Assembly (NCBI GenBank): GCA_963827685.1
Contig: CAWHBU010000002.1
Coordinates: 544,001 to 608,000 of the forward strand
Reading direction: 5' to 3'
DNA length: 64,000 nucleotides
Origin: an uncultured delta proteobacterium
GTDB lineage: Bacteria; Desulfobacterota; BSN033; UBA1163
This document shows, in pieces, positions 1-7,823 of this stretch. Each line of letters starts with the position of its first letter. Within the stretch, counting starts at the first letter, position 1. Both the position numbers and the translations under genes were made by a program. A model generated the notes under the pieces. The model did no database searches, was not told the DNA's origin, and was given only the letters and a program-made list of their open reading frames with translations.

Positions 1-107
1 AATATTTCTTGTAATTCAAAAGCCGCTTCGGAGAAAGAAGCTTCAAAAAGGGGGAGTATTTGGACTCGCATTGGGAGGTGTGGATAAGGGAATGATCGAA
101 GTCTATC

Positions 108-815
108 TTATCTTTCCAGTCTCTTCAATAGAGAAGGAGGAAGGGGCATTGGCGTGTATTCAACGTTGTCCGCTGCAAAGCTCGTACGGGCACTCGTACC
201 AGGGTACCCGCTGATAAACAGCTTTTGGGACGGATTCCAGTTCGGAGTTACTTTTGGACCTACTCGCTGCCACCCTTTCTCAGGGTTTAATCCATCGTTG
301 TAGAAAAAACTTATTGTTGAACCGTCGTAGTACAATCCAAGCTGACCAGAACCATCCGCTGTGGGAAGATACCACAGTTGAAGCGTGTTGTTTGAGAAAT
401 AGTTTGCCTCAAAGTATCCTCCGGTACTAGCTCTGCCCCGCAACATCCTCACATAATTGTCTCTCGACCCAAGACCCAACGCGGCAAACGAACCCTGGCT
501 CCGTCCGGGTGGGGCATCGTTGGTAGAGTAAAAGCTGTAAAACTCTATTCTGAAGAAACCAGCCGTAAATGACATCGTCGATACGAGGCTCGCGTGCGCA
601 TCCTTTTTGCAGGAGAAATGCAAGCGACCGTTGGACTGAGAGAAAAGACCTGGAGTACCAGATATCGTCCATTTGCTGGTATCAATACCATCGCTACTGA
701 AATCATCGTAGACGATAGCCCCTGCAGTACTGCAAAGCAACAAGGATACAGCGACAAAGTTCGACAGCAGGGAAATTAGAGCTTTTGCAGGTGAAGGCAC
801 AAAGTTATGTTTCAT
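108..815 (-). CDS. Hypothetical exported protein, predicted beta-rich
   Basis: ORF 108..983. The ATG at 815 (MKHNF...) follows AAGGGG and leads to a signal-peptide-like stretch (ALISLLSNFVAVSLLLCSTAGA), then YDDFS..IDTSKW. No family recognised. Confidence 0.6.
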   Translation of the reverse strand: MKHNFVPSPAKALISLLSNFVAVSLLLCSTAGAIVYDDFSSDGIDTSKWTISGTPGLFSQSNGRLHFSCKKDAHASLVSTMSFTAGFFRIEFYSFYSTNDAPPGRSQGSFAALGLGSRDNYVRMLRGRASTGGYFEANYFSNNTLQLWYLPTADGSGQLGLYYDGSTISFFYNDGLNPEKGWQRVGPKVTPNWNPSQKLFISGYPGTSARTSFAADNVEYTPMPLPPSLLKRLER

Positions 816-1122
816 ATTCTTACCCCTTGTTGTTGACTCTGTCTCTGGCAATCCGGCTGTTTTGCCAATGACTGGGCTGGGCAGGCTAACCGAGACCCGT
901 CGGTTTTCCCTCCCATCTTCGCAGAGGTCTGATTTTTTCAGATCGTCCCTATCATTATTCAAAATATACAGATTGTCAAGCAAAAGTGAAGCATGTGAAG
1001 AAGTAAATTCATGTCGCTTTCAAATGGGAATCTTCACTTGGTTTTAGGGGCTGCAAGTAAGTAGTTGTACGTGAGCTCGGCAATCAGTGGGTTGGCCTCT
1101 TCTTGGTGCGAGGGCTACATAG

Positions 1123-2565
1123 TTATTCAATTCCTACGATGCGTTTGGCCCAGCGTTTCTTCTGCTCAAGGTTGCCCAACCGGCCATACATGACCTTTTG
1201 GGTTTGAGGCGATCCTGCGCCATGCATGGACTCGACCAGGGCGGTCCCTCCGCTCATATTTTCAATGAGCCTGAGAATCTTCATACGATGTTCAACAGGG
1301 ATCCCTTTAGCGCCTGCTAAGTATTTCTTCACGTATCGGCCCACCTCGCTGCTCTCGAGATCACCCTGAAAGGGCATGGTCGCAACGATTCCCCCGGCGA
1401 TATCATGGGCCAGGCGAGCAATTTCATAGATGTGGCGTGTGACATTATGTTTTGTTGTATTGGCTAAAAGAGGATCCGGATAATAAGCTCCAGAAGCGGT
1501 CTTGTACCCCATCGCAGAACAGGCCACAGATCCTGAGTAGATTGTTTCGGCTAAGTGGATCATCTCGGCCAGCTTTTCCTTAATATGCGAAGCGCTGACC
1601 GTCCCCTGATACTCTGCGGCCAATGCAGTAGCCCCAACCAGAACATCGGAGACCCCTCCTTTGCAACCCCCATAGTTCTGCCGATGCAAAGTGGCAAATC
1701 GTTCCACCAGTAGTCCAGCCATGTCATATTCGCCGCAAAGAAAAACTCTCTCCCACGGGACAAAGACATTGTCAAAGATGATGAGGGCCTCCCCTCCAAC
1801 AAGCCCGTAGAGAGGGTTACCAACATCGATTCCTTCTTCAAACTTTCGCTCTTCATTCGTCTGGCGGCCGAAGATGAGAACGACACCTAGTGCATCGAGG
1901 GGAAAGGCGCAGGCCAAAGCATAGTCCTTATCTTCCTCCCTCATCGCCTGAGTGGGCATGATCAGAATCTCGTGGGAGTTAACACCTCCTGTCATGTGGG
2001 CTTTCGCTCCACGAATGACAATTCCGTCGGACCTTCGTTCAACGACGTGAGTGAAGAGGTCAGGGTCAGACTGCTTCGTAGGGGGGAGAGACCGGTCTCC
2101 TTTGACATCGGTCATCCCACCCACCAGCATCACATTGCTCTCCTGGACGTGGATAAGATACTTTTTAAATCGTTCGAAGTAATCCGTCCTATATTTTTGA
2201 TCAATATCATAAGTCGTCATGTAGGTGGCATTCAGGGCATCGAACCCCACGCATCGTTGAAAGCATGAGCCTGTTTCGTGGGCAATGAGACGGAGCATCT
2301 GAACCTTCTTAATGAGATCATCCACACTCTGATGAATGTGAGTGAATCGGTTAATCCTCTTGCCGGTCAAGCGGGAGGTGGCTGTCATCAAGTCCTCATG
2401 TTCAGGCCGAAGGGCGAGTTCATAGGTGAGGGCAGCAGAATTGATGTGCGGCCGAAGAGCAGGATGCTCCGTGACATCCTCCACTCGCTTCCCGTTGTAA
2501 TAGACCACATGATGAAGGTCTTTAAGACTCTGGATGTAATCCTCTTTTGTAACAATTCGTTTCAT
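1123..2565 (-). CDS. abfD: 4-hydroxybutyryl-CoA dehydratase / vinylacetyl-CoA isomerase (HpaB-fold family)
   Basis: 480 aa with CFQRCVGFD, MTDVKGDRS, GAKAH, HRQNYGGCK and MHGAGSPQ motifs, including the Cys/His Fe-S ligands typical of AbfD. Confidence 0.85.
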   Translation of the reverse strand: MKRIVTKEDYIQSLKDLHHVVYYNGKRVEDVTEHPALRPHINSAALTYELALRPEHEDLMTATSRLTGKRINRFTHIHQSVDDLIKKVQMLRLIAHETGSCFQRCVGFDALNATYMTTYDIDQKYRTDYFERFKKYLIHVQESNVMLVGGMTDVKGDRSLPPTKQSDPDLFTHVVERRSDGIVIRGAKAHMTGGVNSHEILIMPTQAMREEDKDYALACAFPLDALGVVLIFGRQTNEERKFEEGIDVGNPLYGLVGGEALIIFDNVFVPWERVFLCGEYDMAGLLVERFATLHRQNYGGCKGGVSDVLVGATALAAEYQGTVSASHIKEKLAEMIHLAETIYSGSVACSAMGYKTASGAYYPDPLLANTTKHNVTRHIYEIARLAHDIAGGIVATMPFQGDLESSEVGRYVKKYLAGAKGIPVEHRMKILRLIENMSGGTALVESMHGAGSPQTQKVMYGRLGNLEQKKRWAKRIVGIE

Positions 2566-2719
2566 TTTTTCGCCTTCTCACCCCCTCCCTCTCCCCTCTG
2601 GGGAGAGGAGAAGGGTGAGGGGAATTTTCAAATGTCTTTGATTAGTTCTTATAAACTCATTATACCTGCATCTCCGTCAAAGCGCCAGCCATGCGTGCCG
2701 TCAGCTCTGGCAGGTCATC

Positions 2720-3007
2720 TCAATCGTCCTCTTGATCGAAAGCGGTCAACCATTTGATCAGGCTCTCAAAATCATTTTCTCCGAAGATCGACTGACAGGG
2801 AACCTCTAAGTTACTCGAGTTTTTATCGGCACAGGCTCGTGGGCATCCGCTCACGAGTACCATGATGTCAGAATCTTGTGGGTCGTGAACGGCAAAAATG
2901 AACCGGTTTTCTAATAAAGATTGGACCCGTTGAATCATCTCCACCCTTTCATAAAAAGGATTACATCCACCGCAATATCTGATTCCGACCCTCTTTTTCA
3001 CTTGCAT
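2720..3007 (-). CDS. Small Cys-rich hypothetical protein (CGGCNP...GCPRAC), possible Fe-S or metal binder
   Basis: 95-aa ORF with YCGGCNP and SGCPRACA motifs, co-oriented upstream of abfD. Confidence 0.7.
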   Translation of the reverse strand: MQVKKRVGIRYCGGCNPFYERVEMIQRVQSLLENRFIFAVHDPQDSDIMVLVSGCPRACADKNSSNLEVPCQSIFGENDFESLIKWLTAFDQEDD

Positions 3008-3216
3008 CTATATAATATAAAATAAGGACACCCCCATTGAAAGAGGAAATGCCTACTTCCTTTCATCAAAAATTGTTTCCCACTTTCACTCTTGACAGCA
3101 ATCTAAGTATTATCTATACTGCATCAGAATGTAATGATATAAATATAGATCTTAGTCTTACGACATCCATTTGCAAGGAGAGTCCCTATTTAAAATAAGC
3201 CGGAGGAGGAATTAAG

Positions 3217-3375
3217 ATGGATAAGAAGACTCAACCACTTGTCAGTAAAGAGATGATTTATGTGTGTTTGGCGTTTATCGGCTTGCTAATATTGCTGATG
3301 GTGCTTGGTTCAACGCAATGGGGTTTAAAGGAAATGTTGCAGCTTTGGGTTTCAGGGTTCAAATCTTTATTTTAA
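3217..3375 (+). CDS. Small single-pass membrane protein (52 aa), not in the ORF track
   Basis: GGAGGAGG RBS directly upstream of ATG 3217; translates MDKKTQPLVSKEMIYVCLAFIGLLILLMVLGSTQWGLKEMLQLWVSGFKSLF*. Confidence 0.55.
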   Translation: MDKKTQPLVSKEMIYVCLAFIGLLILLMVLGSTQWGLKEMLQLWVSGFKSLF

Positions 3376-3741
3376 AATAGGGGGGTACAGCGCTTTTAAA
3401 ATAGGGACGCATCCCATTTATTATCGAGGGGATGGGAACAGGGGATGTGTCCCTATTTTTCTCAACACGAACTAGGATTTTCGCTTTGCTTCAATGCCAG
3501 CCGGTTAAGGACGGCTTAGTTATTGACATTATGCTCCTTGTAATTCAAGGCCCCATTTAATTTCTTTCAGGGAAGAACGATTTCGTCGAATAAACAGTCC
3601 TAACAAATCACTGGGACATGAAGTGATGGGAATCCAAAATATACGTCCCCTCTCTATATTCAGGACGCGTCTCCTTTAGTAATGCGATCCAGTTTAACCA
3701 AACCCTCAAGCCTTAAAGGTGAATTAGAAAGGAGTTGTTAA

Positions 3742-4554
3742 ATGATCGACTCACACACCCATATCTTCCCGGATAAGGTTGCTCCCAAAGTCGTTGAAAA
3801 ATTCCGGACTGCAATAGGGGACGCAATTGCGCTTTTTGGAGATTTCACCCTGAAGGATATAAAAGCGTACATGGACAGATGCGGAATCGAGGCGGTCGTG
3901 ACCTTCTGCGTGGCGGAAAAGCCCGAAGTAGTGGTTGCAGCGAATAACTTTCTCATTGAGATCAATGATAACCGGACCATCTTTGGCTTCGGTACCATCC
4001 TCCCGAATATGGAAGACCCGGTAGGAGAGGTAAGAAGGATTGAAGAAAAAGGGCTCAAGGGAATCAAGTTTCATTCCCTCTTCCAGCCCATCCGGGCTAA
4101 AGATGAAAACCTCGTTCCCATTTATGACGCTATGGCGAAAGCCGGTATGATTGCCTATTTCCATGTAGGAAAGGACCCTGTACACCCTTCCCATCCTCCC
4201 GGAACCAGCCCTCAAGATATCGCCCGTCTCCGAGAACGCTTCCCCGCTCTAAAGATTGTAGCCGCTCATTTCGGTGGTCTCTTCATGCTGGATGAGGCTC
4301 GGAAATGGATTATTGGCAAAGATATCTATATTGACACCTGTTGGGGGCCGAATGTTCAAAGCCTGGAGTCGGGTGTAGTGGTAGATCTCATCCGTCAGCA
4401 TGGGGCGGGGAAAGTCCTCTTTGCCACCGATTATCCTTCCACCACTGATCCCGCGCCTCAGATCAAGTGGTTCAAAGAACTTCCCTTGGAAGAAAAGGAA
4501 AAACAATTAATTTTTGGGGAAAATGCCCGTCGGCTTCTGGGGTTTTCTGGATGA
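3742..4554 (+). CDS. Amidohydrolase-family (TIM-barrel, Amidohydro_2) protein
   Basis: IDSHTH metal motif, GIKFH, AAHFGG, LFATDYP, NARRLL; AAGGAG RBS. Confidence 0.85.
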   Translation: MIDSHTHIFPDKVAPKVVEKFRTAIGDAIALFGDFTLKDIKAYMDRCGIEAVVTFCVAEKPEVVVAANNFLIEINDNRTIFGFGTILPNMEDPVGEVRRIEEKGLKGIKFHSLFQPIRAKDENLVPIYDAMAKAGMIAYFHVGKDPVHPSHPPGTSPQDIARLRERFPALKIVAAHFGGLFMLDEARKWIIGKDIYIDTCWGPNVQSLESGVVVDLIRQHGAGKVLFATDYPSTTDPAPQIKWFKELPLEEKEKQLIFGENARRLLGFSG

Positions 4555-4653
4555 ATTCTTTACAGGTACTCATAGTAAACGGTTGGTTCAGTGTCTGTTT
4601 AAGATTTGATTGAGATCCAAGAAAGCGCTTTTGTCAGCAGAAGAATGGTTCTC

Positions 4654-4773
4654 TCACAAACCATCCAGTGGACTTCTTATTTCATAGCATTTCTTCCGTA
4701 TCACATGAGTGTAAATTATGGTCGTATTCACATGCCTAGGCCTAAAAAGTTCTGAATTCTCTTCGTTGTATTC
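4654..4773 (-). pseudogene. intI: Integron integrase C-terminal remnant
   Basis: The minus-strand frame reads ...EYNEENSELFRPRHVNTTIIYTHVIRKKCYEIRSPLDGL*, matching the IntI C-terminus pattern (ELLGHxDVxTTMIYTHV...VRSPLD). The rest of the gene is absent. It points away from the cassette array. Confidence 0.75.
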
Positions 4774-4789
4774 TTGATCGGTGAATTGT

Positions 4790-4818
4790 TTGACAAATCC
4801 AATTAGTACGTATAGGAT
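4790..4818 (+). promoter_or_regulatory. Sigma70-type promoter facing the cassettes (Pc-like)
   Basis: TTGACA (4790-4795), 17 bp, TAGGAT (4813-4818). Confidence 0.6.
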
Positions 4819-4857
4819 TTTAGGAAATTACAGCCCGCAATCCAATTATTGTTAGGC
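4796..4857 (+). other. attI-like integron recombination site
   Basis: Core GTTAGGC (4851-4857) is the exact reverse complement of GCCTAAC that opens attC1; it is preceded by the direct repeat AATCCAATTA (4796-4805, 4839-4848). Confidence 0.65.
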
Positions 4858-4884
4858 CATAAAATATTAAAAAGGAATTGGTTT

Positions 4885-5304
4885 ATGGTCTGGATGATCG
4901 CAATAGTACTAATGGTAATTGTGGTGGTAGTGCTTTTCTTTCTGGTGGACACAGGCCGAATGAAAAGAATGCAGTCAGAAATAAGGACGGCATATATAGA
5001 AGAGGGTTTACCGTATGATGAAGCAAACAAGGTGGCGTGGTATCTTATAGATATGTTCATTTATATGAGAAAAAATAAAGACCCTAAATTGGCAAAAATG
5101 GTGATGAACTCTACAATGACTGTTTTTAGACAACGACTGTACAAGAACGATGCATATGACGGCAACTTTACGGCCAGGATGCAAGTTGAGGGTATCAGAG
5201 ATGCCTGCCTTATTTTCGATAGGCCTGTTATTGAAGCAGCAGATTTGATGTATTCATCTGTAGTTTCCAGTTATGAGGCATACTTAAAACAAAAATCTAC
5301 CTGA
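4885..5304 (+). CDS. Cassette 1 ORF A: hypothetical protein with an N-terminal TM helix
   Basis: ORF 4849..5304; first ATG inside the cassette is at 4885; hydrophobic N-terminus; AT-rich. Confidence 0.6.
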   Translation: MVWMIAIVLMVIVVVVLFFLVDTGRMKRMQSEIRTAYIEEGLPYDEANKVAWYLIDMFIYMRKNKDPKLAKMVMNSTMTVFRQRLYKNDAYDGNFTARMQVEGIRDACLIFDRPVIEAADLMYSSVVSSYEAYLKQKST

Positions 5305-5353
5305 GCACGATGACCACTTAAAAAAACAGGAATGTATGAGTCTGGGAGGCTTT

Positions 5354-5617
5354 ATGGAAAACTGTTATCTTTGTGAGGCAAAAGCAGAAATTGAGGAAAA
5401 AGGCGACGGGTTAAACGTAATATGCTCCGGAGAGTGTGGTCCTGGGCCGTATGTTATATCTCGTTTAGAGTTGAACAATGTTAGAGGAATACGTGGCTCA
5501 ATAATTCATGGCAGAAAACAAAATGTCTTTGATGGCATAAAAAAACTCCGGAAGAAAGATCCTTATCGCCTGATATTAATACATGACAATAAAGTTGAGT
5601 TCGCTACATCCAAATGA
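5354..5617 (+). CDS. Cassette 1 ORF B: small protein with an N-terminal Zn-finger-like CxxC...CxxxC
   Basis: GGAGG RBS before ATG 5354; CYLC and CSGEC. Confidence 0.6.
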   Translation: MENCYLCEAKAEIEEKGDGLNVICSGECGPGPYVISRLELNNVRGIRGSIIHGRKQNVFDGIKKLRKKDPYRLILIHDNKVEFATSK

Positions 5618-5643
5618 ATAATATACAAGAAGTGAAAAACAGC

Positions 5644-5734
5644 GCCTAACACAGCCTTCAACCAGAGGCGGAATAAGCCTGGACTTTTTTTCATTTTGGC
5701 TGGTTGCCCGCGCTGGTTAAGGCCATCGTTCGGT
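5644..5734 (+). other. attC site 1
   Basis: R'' GCCTAAC, L'' CTTCAACC ... L' GGTTAAG, R' GTTCGGT; imperfect palindrome directly after the ORF. Confidence 0.85.
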
Positions 5735-5760
5735 GATGGAAGAAAGGAGACAAGAGCAAC

Positions 5761-6342
5761 ATGGGCCTGAACTGGGTTGAGGATTTGGTCTCCCACCTGT
5801 ACCAGTTACGTGGGTACTTGGTCATCCAGAACGAAGACCTGCCAATGCCGAGAACCGATACCCGCTCGGTGCGTGGGCATTCCGACATTGATATCGTTGC
5901 CATAAAAGACGGTGAGGTTGTCCACATTGAATGCCAGAGTTGGTGGGGGCCGAAGAAAGACGACCAGCAGGAATTGAATCGTCTCAAAGCCCGATTCGAC
6001 AACGCTCCCCAGAGACTCCGCGACAGGTACAGATTTCTTGGGGGCTATCAGTTTCCGCGAGTCTTTGTGACCAGTGGCAAACCTAAACGGGGCCGAGGAA
6101 ACGGACCTTGGGATCGCCTCCAGCAATTCTGCACGCAGAACCAAATCCAGCTTGTCGAGATCAACACTATCGTCCGCGACCTGATCGCGGAACTCAAGAC
6201 GAGATACCCCAAATCCGAGAGAGTTGGGAAAGAAGAGGGAATCGCACGGTTTCTCCTGCATCTCATCCACAACGGCTTTCTTGCGGACTGCCAGATCGAA
6301 ACAGACAATGCACCGAACAACGGCGTCGAGCCTATTCGGTGA
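5761..6342 (+). CDS. Cassette 2: PD-(D/E)xK-like nuclease / restriction-endonuclease-fold protein
   Basis: WVEDLV..LY..RGY, HSDIDIVAIK...HIECQSW pattern; the stop codon lies inside attC2. Confidence 0.65.
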   Translation: MGLNWVEDLVSHLYQLRGYLVIQNEDLPMPRTDTRSVRGHSDIDIVAIKDGEVVHIECQSWWGPKKDDQQELNRLKARFDNAPQRLRDRYRFLGGYQFPRVFVTSGKPKRGRGNGPWDRLQQFCTQNQIQLVEINTIVRDLIAELKTRYPKSERVGKEEGIARFLLHLIHNGFLADCQIETDNAPNNGVEPIR

Positions 6343-6384
6343 CCAGCAGACGGGTCACCTTAAGGCTCACGCCGGGCGTTATGT
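6312..6384 (+). other. attC site 2
   Basis: R'' ACCGAAC (complement of the upstream GTTCGGT), CGTCGAGCC...GGCTCACG, R' GTTATGT. Confidence 0.85.
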
Positions 6385-6402
6385 AATGAAAAGGAGAATA
6401 CG

Positions 6403-6864
6403 ATGAAGTGGGCTGACCAATTTGCTAAAGAAGCAAATGAACAAGGCCTGATTTGTGCAGTTACCAACCGTGTTCATGGCTGGCCGGAAACAATCATGGT
6501 TCATGGAAAAAAATGCTTTGCCAAATCTATAACGTACAACGTTTCTCGGAACCTGTATTTTGAAGGTGTCGATACGAAGAAATTGGATGACAAAGGAGAT
6601 TTTGTGATTCTATGTGGTGGCATAAACAACAAATTAAGAGACATTTTTATAATCCCCTGGAAAGTCTTTTTTCAAACTTTAAAAGAAGGTAAACCAGTAA
6701 ACACGTATAAACCGCCAAAAGAATACTTGCAGTTTAAATTGTACGTTAAAAACAAAAACGGGAAATGGATCATGACGGTACAAGGAGGCCGTAGACCTGA
6801 GATAGATGTGAGCGATTGCCGGTATCATTCTAACGAAGCGATTGAGCAATTGAAGCACGCTTAA
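6403..6864 (+). CDS. Cassette 3: hypothetical protein
   Basis: 153 aa, AAGGAG RBS, bounded by GTTATGT and ACATAAC. Confidence 0.7.
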   Translation: MKWADQFAKEANEQGLICAVTNRVHGWPETIMVHGKKCFAKSITYNVSRNLYFEGVDTKKLDDKGDFVILCGGINNKLRDIFIIPWKVFFQTLKEGKPVNTYKPPKEYLQFKLYVKNKNGKWIMTVQGGRRPEIDVSDCRYHSNEAIEQLKHA

Positions 6865-6882
6865 TGGTACTTCAAAAAACCC

Positions 6883-6963
6883 ACATAACAAGTCAATCAA
6901 GGCGACGGGTGATAGCCCTGTGCCTTTTGCGGAGGCTGGTTGCCCCCGCGCCTTATTTCTGAC
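6883..6963 (+). other. attC site 3, truncated (R' lost)
   Basis: R'' ACATAAC, L'' AATCAAGG ... L' CCTTATT, but no GTT at the expected position. Confidence 0.65.
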
Positions 6964-7144
6964 CCGGCGCCTGACGGTAGAAATCAATAATAAAATAAAC
7001 CAAACGGCAATTGGCGCCGAACAAAGCGCTACCTTTAGGTGAGTTGACAGTGGCCTGCTGACTGGCCCCCCCACTATGCCAAACCTATCCGTTTGTCAAA
7101 ATTGACCTTGACATACAAAGAGCGCCATTGATCGAGATAAGGGC

Positions 7145-7822
7145 ATGGAGAAAATACTAATAAAGAAACTAAAATCCCTCTCTAATCCCGAAGCTGTCGC
7201 AGGGATGGCACGGTTCGGAATTAACCCGAAGAACACGTATGGAGTATCTATTCCTGTTCTGAGAAAGATGGCTAAGCAAATTGGCCAAAATCATCTGCTC
7301 GCTCAAAGACTTTGGAGCTCAGGTATTCATGAAGCCCGGATTCTTGCTGGCATGATCGATCCTCCGGAAGAGGTAACCGAGAAGCAGATGGAGAAGTGGG
7401 TTAGAGATTTCGACTCCTGGGATGTGTGTGATCAGGTTTGCAGTAATCTCTTTGACCGAACGAAGTTTGCTCATGAAAAGGCAACTGATTGGAGTGAAAG
7501 AGGAGAAGAGTTTGTCAAAAGGGCAGGGTTCGTCTTGATGGCGGCATTGGCCGTTCATGATAAGGAAGCGGGGGATAAAGCATTCTTGAAATTTCTTCCC
7601 ATCATTAAAAGGGAAGCCCGGGATGAGAGGAATTTTGTCAAAAAGGCTGTAAACTGGGCGTTAAGACAGATTGGGAAAAGAAACCTACCCTTGAATCAGA
7701 TGGCTATTAAGACCGCAAGGGAGATTCAAGGGATCGATTCAAAAGCTGGGAAGTGGATTGCCTCCGATGCTATTCGGGAACTGACTTCTGAAGCGGTCCG
7801 AAAGAGATTGCAGCGCGGATAA
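7145..7822 (+). CDS. DNA alkylation repair protein (AlkD-like HEAT repeat)
   Basis: YGVSIPVLR, EARILA, FDSWDVCD, DERNFVKKAVNWALRQIGKR. Confidence 0.85.
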   Translation: MEKILIKKLKSLSNPEAVAGMARFGINPKNTYGVSIPVLRKMAKQIGQNHLLAQRLWSSGIHEARILAGMIDPPEEVTEKQMEKWVRDFDSWDVCDQVCSNLFDRTKFAHEKATDWSERGEEFVKRAGFVLMAALAVHDKEAGDKAFLKFLPIIKREARDERNFVKKAVNWALRQIGKRNLPLNQMAIKTAREIQGIDSKAGKWIASDAIRELTSEAVRKRLQRG

Positions 7823-7823
7823 A

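Noticed and set aside
830-920. Possible c-di-GMP-I riboswitch upstream of the first gene (minus strand GGCAAAACAGCCGGATTGCC)
   Set aside because: Only end-like fragments are present; there is no GNRA hairpin or central GCAAA/receptor stem
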